From assembly GCA_964016885.1 (NCBI GenBank), contig OZ024752.1, forward strand, positions 5,642,001-5,706,000: a DNA stretch of 64,000 nt. The letters run 5' to 3'. Below, one piece after another: positions 54,090-64,000 of this stretch; the first letter of the stretch is position 1, and each line of letters opens with the position of its first letter. This stretch comes from Eledone cirrhosa. Its lineage: Eukaryota. Made by a program: the position numbers and the translations under genes. A model generated the notes under the pieces. It did not search any database. It was given only the letters and a program-made list of their open reading frames with translations, and was not told where the DNA came from.

Positions 54090-54668
54090 CTAACCTTTTC
54101 ATTATCAAGGAACTCGTTTAGCTAATCTCTTTGTTACCATATTTCTAAAGAAAGACAGTGTTCATAATTTTCAATCAACTTTGAAAATAATCAAGAGTTT
54201 GTAATATGATTTGTAAAATAATTTTCTAATTATTTAGTTAATGGTTAGAACATAGCTAAAGAACTTACATAAAATTATTACAGAAGGTTTTTAAATAAAT
54301 ATAAACACTTCAACATTTCATTATAATACTTTTAATGAAAGATTATTTAAAAAATAATCAAGAATTTAGAGAGATTTAATAATATAACTAGCTTTCTCAA
54401 TAGTAGTTGTTGTTACCATATTTTAAATGAAAGACACTGTCCATGTGATTAACCCTTTCATTACCATATTTCAAATGAAAGACACTGCCTATGATTTTCA
54501 AATAATTTTGAAAATAAACAAGAATTTGATGGGATTTAGTAATATAACTAACGTTTTCACTATTAAGCTGGTGTTGAAAGGATTTTAAATAAATATAAAT
54601 AGTTTTAAACAGTTTTGTATTGTATAACAAAGAATGACTTCAGACAGTTTGCTATCAAGAGGGTTAAA
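54090..54668. mobile_element. AT-rich MITE-like element with degenerate internal repeats
   Basis: Ends TAACCTTTTCATTATCAA and TTGCTATCAAGAGGGTTAA; internal TAACCCTTTC.TTACCATATTTC repeats; related sequence at 56680-57335. Confidence 0.5.
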
Positions 54669-55039
54669 TGAATCTTCCCACAAACCCCAAGATTTTGAAA
54701 GGGCTGTCAACTCAACAAACTTATAGACCTCTAAAACTACCTTTATAAACCCCTAGAAATCTGCAGACCAACGGTTGGGAACTGTTGTACTAACAGGTCA
54801 TAACATCTTCCCCACATTCTTCATACACTATTGATTCTCTTGCATAAACTAACCAGCATTTCAAATGCCAACCCTAAAATACTTATATTCTACAATACTA
54901 GCTTCAAGAAGACATTTCTCAATGGAAGAATGAACAATATGTCTGAGGGAGATTAAGTGAACAAGAAACTGACATTTTTAACAGAAAAAAAAAGTCTTAA
55001 AACTCTTCAGTTGTGTCAAGAACACAACAGTTTCCCAAA

Positions 55040-55245
55040 TACTGGTGCTATAGTAAAATACAACCAGTACACTCAGTAAAGTGCTTGGTGTTAGGAAGGG
55101 CATCCAGCTGCAGAAACCATGCCACACCTGGAGCATATGTGAGACGTGGCCCCAGCCTGTCTAGGTGGACAGTTGCTCTGATTTCATGCTGACAAAGTCT
55201 GTAACACATCATCTACCCATTGCCAGCATGGAAGAGCAAGTGTCA
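55040..55245 (+). mobile_element. Degenerate RTE-related SINE body and tail
   Basis: GGTGTTAGGAAGGGCATCCAGCTGCAGAAACC...CCCATTGCCAGCATGGAA. Confidence 0.72.
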
Positions 55246-55377
55246 ATCAACAAGATCCCAGGCCTCACTTGTTTACTGAGTAAAGGGGACCTCATCAAAT
55301 CAAATCAAACCAAAGAAACAATGTTTCCTTTTGTCTTTCCATTGTTGATACTATCTACCGGTCACAACTCCTGGCAG

Positions 55378-55497
55378 AAGCAACGTGAAATAAAGTGTCT
55401 TGCTCAAGGAAATAACACACATTAGTTGGTCTTGGGAATCGAACTGGCAACCTCATGATTGTGAATCCAATTCTCTAACCACTAAGCCATGTGCCTC
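55378..55497 (-). mobile_element. tRNA-derived SINE head, same head type as 42749
   Basis: AGGCACATGGCTTAGTGGTTAGAG...GTTCGATTCC...CCTTGAGCAAGACACTT. Confidence 0.8.
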
Positions 55498-55787
55498 TAG
55501 ATGCTAGAAGTAGCAGTAAAATTTCCCTCAAATCACACATTAACATCTTAAACACATTCTCAGTGGAATATATCATAGATAGTACAATAGCTGACATTTT
55601 CAGGCCACAAGTGACCATGTCCTTGTAAGATAGCTTGTGCTGACCAATAGTAAGCACCAGCCTACATAAATATTATAACAGAGAAACTACTTAGGCTGCA
55701 ACCTATTTTCTTATGAATTGCCACTCATTACTTCAAGTAAGTGTTTATGTAAAGCTGATGTTTGTTCTCATTATTGTACAATACAAA

Positions 55788-56375
55788 AAGGTGGTAGATT
55801 AGCAGTAATTGTTAGAGCGGTGGACAATATGCTTTGTGGCATAAAGTTACAACCCTTTATGTTCTGAGTTAAAATTCTGCAATGGTTAGCTTTGTGATTC
55901 ATCTTTATGGGCTCAATAAAATAAACCCAGTACTTGGGTTGATATAATGCCCCCCACAAATTGTTTGCCTTGTACATAGAAATCATTATTGTACAATATA
56001 TAGAGGGCGGTGGATTGGCAGTATCGGTAGAGGGTTGGACGCCATGCTTTCCAGCATAGTTACGTCCCTTTACAATCCGAGTTCAAATCCCGCCGAGGTT
56101 GACTTTGCCTTTCATCCTTATGGGGTCGATAAAATAAAGTACCAGTAATGCACTGATTAAATTGCTGGCCTTGTGCCTTGTACAATATAACCGAAGGCAG
56201 TGGATTAGCAGTCTCAGTAAAGGACCAAATACTGAGCAGTGTTTCTTCTGGTTCTTTATCTTCTCAGTTCAAATCTTTCCAAAGTTGATACAATGAAATA
56301 CCAGTGATGTATTGGGGTCAATTTAATAGACTTTCTCCTCCCCCAAGATTACTGGACTAAAGTAGAAATTGTTAT
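55788..56375 (+). mobile_element. Three SINE family 1 copies in tandem (55788-55990, 56005-56180, 56195-56375)
   Basis: Repeated GGYRGTGGATTRGCAGT heads and GAGTTCAAAT boxes; the middle copy is the best preserved. Confidence 0.75.
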
Positions 56376-56992
56376 TGTACAATAGAAACACTGTTAGTAA
56401 CAACATGGATACATCCTCTGTTGGTTTTGATCAGTTGTTCAGTCGCCTTAACTAATTATTATTTAACTCTTAAGATCCTATAATGATTTGAAAACAAATT
56501 TACTAATTAAAATACTTATATTATCTATACTTGTGGACAGATTTTTGTCAACATTTGCAACATTAAAGTAAAGAATTTAATTTTTAATGTGATGCAGTCA
56601 TAGTACTGTTTTGTATTTTTCAATAATTTTTTACTAAACTAAAACCTTTGAATTCATTGCCACAGTTCAAATGCTGAAACCATTTGACCCATTTGTTATC
56701 GTATTTCTATTAAAAAACACAAACTATGATTTTCAATTAATTTTGAAAATAATCATGTATTTGAAGAAATTTAGCAATATAACTTTCTCATTATTTTAGC
56801 TGGAGTTTCGAGCATAGTTTCTTACATGATGGAAAGCTTTTAGATGAATGTAGACATCCTAACCCTTTCGTTATATTTCTAATGAAAGACATTGCCTATG
56901 ATTTTTTAATAACTTTGAAAATAACCAAGAATTTGCTCCTCATTACTAAGTTGGCATTTGGAACATAACTTGACAAAGGTTTTTATATAAAA

Positions 56993-57170
56993 TTATAATT
57001 GTTTCTACTTTTGGCACAATGCCTGCAATTGTACTTTATTTTATCGACCCCGTAAGGATGAAAGGCAAAGTTAATCTCGACGGGATTTGAACTCAGACCG
57101 TAAAGTGACGTAACTGTGCTAGAAAGCATGGTGTCCAACCCTCTACTGATACTGCCAATTCACCACCCTT
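56993..57170 (-). mobile_element. SINE family 1 with apparent target-site duplication
   Basis: TTTTATATAAAATTATAAT on both sides (56981-56999 and 57169-57187). Confidence 0.85.
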
Positions 57171-58045
57171 TTATATAAAATTATAATGGAAGACTTTTAG
57201 GTAAATATAAAGACATTACTTATTATTTTCAAATAATTTGATGGAAGGTTTCTAGATAAATATAAATATTTCAAAGTAAACAGCTTAACATCATTGAACC
57301 TGAGGCAGTTTCATGAGGTTTGGCATCAAAAGTTAAATATAAGAATAAGAGATAGATTCTAATTTCCTGAAATATTTTATACATCAGCACAAGGGTAGAG
57401 AATGGTGGATTAAAGCAATACTAATATTTGACTGCTAGAGAATGGTCTATCAATATATAATTGAAAGTTATTGAAGTACCACCCATTTTCCAATAGATTT
57501 ATGATCGAACCCTTGGCAGTAGAAACTTCTGGTGTTCTAGGTCTGTCAACTAGCTCCCTATTCATTGTGATCAGGGTGAGCTGTCCATCCAAAAGAATGA
57601 GCCCCCACAACTTTGGGATTGGATTCTTATTGAGCTTATAGTGGTGGAAACATCTGGTGTTCTTGATCCCCAAATCATCTCCCTATTTACTGTGATTGGA
57701 ATGGAGATAGCTACTTGTAAGAATGAGCCCTGTAAGTTGAATTGGCTCTCCCTTGCTATTCTCTGGAGGTAGTGCTTTTGCAATTCTACCAGCAGGGACC
57801 ATGAGGCAACATCCACTGATACATTGCACTTCAGAGAGACAGAAAGAGAGAATGAATGTGACAATCTCTCATTAGTTGATTCATGTTGTTACTATTAGCC
57901 ACTATATAACACACCCCATATTGTAAGTAGTGAACAACAGCACAAACATCATATATGTAGAAGTATTGAACATTATCAAACTACACAAATTGTATCAAAT
58001 AAAAACATCACTAAAGGATTTTGTTGTTGTCATTAAAATACTTAC

Positions 58046-58179
58046 CCAAAGAAGTCCATGGGTCGGCCACAGAACCAACAGTATTCCAATTGAAAACTTT
58101 TAGCAATTGCTTGCCTAGTACTAGTTGATGGCACCACAATTCCATTACGTCCTGCCATATTAAATGGATTGGTAGCCAT
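58046..58179 (-). CDS. PHLDB2: Putative first coding exon of the PHLDB-family gene
   Basis: aagATGG start with upstream in-frame stops; MATNPFNMAGRNGIVVPSTSTRQAIAKSFQLEYCWFCGRPMDFF-GG|GTAAGT; phase 2 matches the 36704 acceptor. Confidence 0.6.
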
Positions 58180-58248
58180 CTTTAGTCCAAAGTAGCAACA
58201 CTATCAAACCATCTTTGTACTTTCAAAATGTGATTATTCATGGTTTTT

Positions 58249-58259
58249 CTTATATATAA
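58249..58259 (-). promoter_or_regulatory. Candidate TATA box (TATATAAG) ~70 bp upstream of the ATG
   Basis: Position is consistent, but this is weak evidence in TA-rich DNA. Confidence 0.25.
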
Positions 58260-58794
58260 TAAAGGAAAAGATGGTAGAGACTGAAGTTTTGGCAAGTTTG
58301 ACTGCTCACACATATTAAGTACTCATTCAGTTAATGTTTGAATGTTTGAATGTTTTATGAACACTAGTATTTAAAACACCCACTTCAGTGTATGTATATA
58401 TATATATAACATTTATGGAGTATGTTTACATCTTATGAGAACTTGTACATAAACTTTCATGAATAAATATACTCATTTTTTGGCAAGTTTTGTTTTCATA
58501 AATAAACAAAGGAATTAGGAGACAAAATGTCCTCCAGTCACAGTCTTACATCGGATGGGACTATAAATTTCTCATATTTTTTTCATTAAAAACATTTTTT
58601 TTTACAAGGAAACCTATATATATATTTTATTTTATTTTCGAGACCAAATTTCTCAATTTGTTTCATTTTTTAAACATACTTTTAACAAGAGAAGCTATAT
58701 ATATATATATTATATTTTCAAGACCAGATTTCTCATTTCATTAAAATTTTTCATTCACTTTTCATTTCTTAGCATCTTTTTAACTCAGAGAGCT

Positions 58795-58840
<46 letters not shown>

Positions 58841-59469
58841 TCAAAATAAAATGACTTTTTTAAGTCCACTTGTGAATAATCCGAAGAAGAATGTGATTGC
58901 TCTTTTCCTGAAGCTGTACAAATAAAAATAGTCAGAAGATGATCCTGTGAACAATCCTTAAAGGATCATAGTAAATTCCGATGTTTTTATGTTCCTTGTA
59001 GTACAGAAGTGTAATGTGAAGATTACATGTTAACTGTGAATACTTAGTGGCAAGATAAACATTTCCCAAAAGTTCATATTGGTAGATAAAACATGGTTTT
59101 GTAATGTGGCTTTGAGTCGGTACAGGAATGTGTGTATATGTATGAGTATGTATGTGTTGTGTATGTTACATGTGTGTTTAGGCATACAGACATACATAGA
59201 CGAGTTAGTAAAAGATATCTGAATTAACAAAAGTTGTGTGTGTAAGAAATTAATTCAGGAGAGAAATTTAGATTGGTAAAATTTGTCTTGCAGAAGTAGC
59301 GATATATATGGAAAAACATGTTTGAGTGTCCACCATAATAATAATAATAATGGTTTCTAATTTAGGCACAAGACCAACAATTTAAGGGGAGGAGAAAGTA
59401 AAGTAAATCACCCCAAGTGCATTACTGGTACTTTATTTTATTGACTTCAAAACTATTACTACTATTACT

Positions 59470-59503
<34 letters not shown>

Positions 59504-60190
59504 GGAATAAAATACAGATGTGACATATAAATTTACTCTATATCAAAATGCTGCTTTTGTAGCTGTTATTGCTGTTTAGACCCAGGTCAACCATTGATAA
59601 AGCAAACCAATGATCAAAGCCTGATTATGCCATCTCTTTTTAAAAGTATTACAATGTATTCTTTGTCTGTTTGAGGAATATTTTAGTTGTTATTTCTAGG
59701 ACGTTTGTTGACCGTGTAGAAGTCCCCTTGTCAACAACAGGCTGGGTTTGGTCAGTGACCTGACATTTTTACAAATGTTCTGCTAAAATACTGAGACACA
59801 TTAATAACTAACTTTTTTTCTCAGGAAATGTGAATAATTAATGAAGTTTTTACTGATTAAAGTCACATCAAAGACTTAGTACTCCCTTGCTGTCATCACC
59901 TAACACCTGGAACTACTAAATAAAAGCCAAATTATATCTAGAAACTTACTGGTATATTAATAATTATAACTGGTTTAGTGATCTAGCATCCAGAGAGTGG
60001 GGGGACATTTTACAGTGTTAACGTAAGAACCATAATTTGATTATTTTGTTAGAGAGATGAAAATTGATGAAAGAATTATGATTGTGTTTATAGAAAACAT
60101 TTATGAAGCCAGAACAAGCAGCCAATAGTTACTTGCTAGAGCAAAAGGTTTATCATGGAGCTAGATAGATCTATTACATACCACTACGTA

Positions 60191-60374
60191 TAACTCTTAA
60201 CATCCTGCAATCATTTAGCAGAAAATATAAAACAGGTTTGTTAATTCAAATGTTTATAGTGTCTTTACTAATGGACAGATTGTTGTGAAAATTTGCAGCA
60301 TTAGAGTAAAGACTTTAATGTTTTGTCTGATGCAGTCATAACACTGTTTATGTGGTAGAAGATGTTAAGAGTTA
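60191..60374. mobile_element. MITE with 14-bp terminal inverted repeats (TTAA-type, piggyBac-like)
   Basis: TAACTCTTAACATC ... GATGTTAAGAGTTA; internal GGACAGATTGTTGTG shared with 51790-52218 and 56463-56640; same right end at ~46860-46957. Confidence 0.65.
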
Positions 60375-60509
60375 AACAAGATAAAACTGATATTGATTAA
60401 AACTAAAATTAATTATTTGTTAGAAAAGTCTACAAAAATATTAGGAAGAAAATAATTGTTTAGTAAATATTGTCAGAATGAAAGAATGAAAAACTGTTCA
60501 GATGCGGAA

Positions 60510-61065
60510 ACATGTAGAGGTGGTTGGTCACATGTAGAGGTCGTCAGTCATATGTAGAGATAGTTGGTCACATGTAGAGGTGGTCAGTGACATGTAGAGG
60601 TGGTCAGTCACATGTAGAGATAGTTGGTCACATGTAGAGGTGGTCAGTGACACAGAGGTGGTCAGTGACATGTAGAAATAGTTGTCACATGTAGAGGTGG
60701 TCAGTCAATGTAAAGATAGTTGGTCACATGTAGAGATGGTCAGTGACATGTAGAGATGGTCAGTGACATGTAGAGGTGGTCAGTCAATGTAGAGATAGTT
60801 GGTCACATGTAGAGGTGGTCAGTGACATGTAGAGATGGTCAGTGACATGTAGAGGTGGTCAGTCAATGTAGAGGTAGTCGGTCACATGTAGAGGTGGTCA
60901 GTGACACACAGAGGTGGTCAGTCATATGTAGAGATAGTCAGTCACATGTAGAGGTGGTCAGTGACATGTAGAGGTGGTCAGTGACACACAGAGGTGGTCA
61001 GTCATATGTAGAGGTGGTCAGTCACATGTAGAGGTGGTCAGTGACTTGTAGAGATGGTCGGTCAC
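60510..61065. repeat. 20-bp minisatellite (CATGTAGAGGTGGTCAGTSA), ~28 copies
   Basis: Direct reading. Confidence 0.93.
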
Positions 61066-61650
61066 AGTATTTAGTGGGGAAATGTTTCTGACAGCAATAT
61101 AACAAGCTTTGACAAAAGAAATTGGTTAATTTGCAAGTTTTAGATAATTGATTAAATGAAAATGTGACCCTGTAATTTCCTAGATTAAATTTTCTACTTC
61201 TATCTTCTATGTAGGAGTGTATAGAGAGAGGGAGAACTTCTGATTACAAATGATTGCTTGAGAAATATATTAAATACAATGTGTATGTTGTGTGTAAAAT
61301 TATGTTGGAAGGTATTAATTTAAACAACAGCCCTTTAAAATGAATGGTTTTGTTTCATAGAACCAGAACCAGTTTAGGCCTTTTGGAACCAAAAGGGTTA
61401 ATAAAATCTGTTTTCTCAGGTTGTTGGAGCCACATAATCTAACCTGTCAGAAATGATACCGGTAATCATATAAATATGTTTAGTAGCTGTGATAAACACA
61501 TGGTAAGTTGATAGAGGAGATAAAACATTTGTCTTAGTCGGAATAGAGGGTAGAAGGGGGTGTTTAGAGGATTATATTTAAGAAGGTGATGCAAACACAA
61601 TTATTAGAGAAATGCACCAGACTAAATATCTCTTTAATAGATTAATGTCA

Positions 61651-61687
<37 letters not shown>

Positions 61688-62340
61688 GCATAACCTTGGT
61701 GTTATGTCTTATATGTTATACCATACTGTGATATTAACAATTAAAATACAAGGGAATTAGTCAGAACAGGTTTGAGGTCTCCACAGCAATGCTGGATTAT
61801 AGTAATTGTTACAATATTATTAAAAAAAGATGTTTCTTTCCCTTTGCAATAGGATATTCCAAATTTAAATTACTAATCCCTAATTAATGAAAATATAAAA
61901 TACATACTAGACAAAATATAGTAGACATAAAATGATGAAAAAATTATGATTCTATCTTGAAGGAGCTTTTCCTCCTAAATCATACAACATTTCACTTTTT
62001 TGGTTTGTTTGTTTTTCCATGATTAACCAGATGAATGTTATTAGAAACCTGTTTGTATCCTCAGACAGAACAGCTACTCTTGACCACTAAAACAGTTGAC
62101 AGGTTATAGAATATGAAAACAATAATAAATGAGTTATTTCAAAATTAACAAACACTGTACAAATAACACTAAGTCTGCCTTCTCACAAATTATTTTTTCT
62201 TATTTAATCTAAACATCTTTAATTTTCAAATAAATTTAAATACAAAATCTAATTTAAAAAGTAAAGAATGATAAATTTGATTATTTATCAATCATATATA
62301 TTGATTGAAGGCAAGAATAAGGCTGAAAAATTACAACTAT

Positions 62341-62520
62341 GATGTTGTTGAAGATGGTAGATAATATAAAGAGGCTCAGGTGTGTTAAGAAGTAAAGGTG
62401 TAGAATAATTAGAGGCAAAGAGAGAAGATGGATGTTGTTGAAGATGGTAGATAATATAAAGAGGCTCAGATGTGTTAAGAAGTAAAGGTATAGAATAATT
62501 AGAGGCAAAGAGAGAAGATG
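62341..62520. repeat. 90-bp tandem duplication
   Basis: GATGTTGTTGAAGATGG... at 62341 and 62431. Confidence 0.92.
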
Positions 62521-62899
62521 GGAAGAAGCAGAAGATAAATATAACATGTAAACATATAAAGGTGTTTAATGTCACAAATGGTACAGCAGTCTAGTCCTTG
62601 GAAAGGCTAGATTACTTCCCTTGTTTTTGAGATATCTTCATTGTGTGTGTGTGTGTGGTATGGGTGTGTGTGTGTGTGGATGTGGTATGGATGGGTGTGT
62701 GTGTATGTGTAGTATGTGTATGTGGGTAAAACCCTTAGTTTAATAACCTCCAATTTAGCGGATCAAATAATCGTAATATATGTCTGTCCGTCTGTCACAT
62801 TCACTTTATATAGAGAGAGAGGGAGCACCAAGTGAGAGATATGTACATAGATAGAGAGAGAGTGTGTGTGACAAAAAGAAGACAACATAACTCTCATCT

Positions 62900-63030
62900 A
62901 ATAACAATAATTTCTACTTTAGGCATAAAGCCAGTAATTTGGGGGAAAGCCGGTTATATCAAACCCCAGTTCTTTACTGGTACCGACCTTGGAAGAATGA
63001 AAAGCAAAGCTGACCTTGGCGGGATTTGAA
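62900..63030 (-). mobile_element. SINE family 1-related fragment
   Basis: GATGAAAAGCAAAGCTGACCTTGGCGGGATTTGAA; further tail remnants at 59336-59450 and 63040-63120. Confidence 0.7.
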
Positions 63031-63863
63031 TGCATTAATAATAATAATAATTTTTAGTTTAGGCAGAAAGCCAACAGTTTGTGGGGAGGGAGGAAGTAAT
63101 TAACCCCCAGTATATGACTGATAAATAATAATACAATACAGAACTATCATTAGTCACAGCAAAACACTCTTCAACTTACAACTTTGTGTGTATGTGCGTG
63201 TATGTGTTTGTGTGTGTGTGTTTGTATGTGTGTGTGTGTTTGTGTGTGTGTGTTTGTATATATGCGTATGTGTATATGTGTTAGTGTGTATGTGTTTGTG
63301 TGGTAAACCCTCAGTTTAACAACTACTACTTTAACAGACCAAATAATAGTAATAATACTAATACAATACACAACTATTACTACAGTCACTCTTCAACCAC
63401 AACATCAAAAGTAAAAATTACATATTCCGCAACTAATCATATATTGAGCACTCATATATTGTAGTAAGGTTTATATATATTTACATAAAACAATAAAAAA
63501 TGAGCCCTATGTTACCTTTGATTTAACAGATTTCAGCACAAAGGGGACACACTTCCTATTAGTCCTTTAAATGGAAGATTTATTCTCTGTGTCTATGTCT
63601 GTACGTGAGTATGCGTACGTGTGTGTGTGTAAATATATATATATATATATATAGGAAAAAGGTGGCAAGGATGTGGAAGTTCCAGCAACTGGATCTTTAC
63701 TGGTATTTCAAGCCACTCCAGTATATATGTAGGTATGGAATGAACAAAAATAAATAGTTGACACCTATACAGGTTTAGCTTTCTATGAGGCTAAACGTGC
63801 ATGTATATATATGTATGTATGTATGTATATCTGTATATATGTATACACACACACACACACATA

Positions 63864-63897
<34 letters not shown>

Positions 63898-64000
63898 TGT
63901 GTATGGGAGAGAGAGGGATATATATTTGTGTGCTTAACTAGAAGTATTTTCTACTCTAGCAGTGTATATACCAAGAAATGAAGTATATTCTTTAAAACAA

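Noticed and set aside
59945-60010. GTAAGT donor with a nearby ATG as another first exon
   Set aside because: The ATG frame stops before the donor.
63510-63562. Possible 40-nt micro-exon
   Set aside because: Weak acceptor, no recognisable peptide, and phase cannot be tested here.

Overview
AT-rich eukaryotic (animal) genomic DNA. The repeat families resemble those of octopus/coleoid cephalopods; this is an inference, not a lookup. Roughly 60% of the window is simple or tandem repeat: kb-long interrupted (TA)n arrays, a 10.1-kb 32-bp satellite, and 57-, 39-, 32-, 28/39-, 20- and 16-bp minisatellites. The many IY/YI-rich ORFs in the track are microsatellite artefacts. One host gene is supported: a PHLDB/LL5-family coiled-coil + PH-domain gene on the minus strand, with exons 36704-36608, 34478-34332 and 32003-31566, plus a phase-compatible putative first coding exon at 58179-58046 giving a 271-aa short form. 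The rest is retroelements. These are a young RTE LINE family (APE-RT with an embedded PHD-like finger; three copies, one essentially full length), a second RTE family, CR1, Tx1/L1 and probable R4/Dong remnants, tRNA-derived SINEs, RTE-dependent bipartite elements and TTAA-type MITEs. Most young insertions sit inside (TA)n arrays. Highlights are a minimal type I hammerhead ribozyme in a ~280-bp Penelope/retrozyme-like unit, a LINE-SINE partner pair sharing both 5'UTR and 3' modules, a LINE that appears to have acquired a SINE-type tail, and minisatellites born inside transposons.
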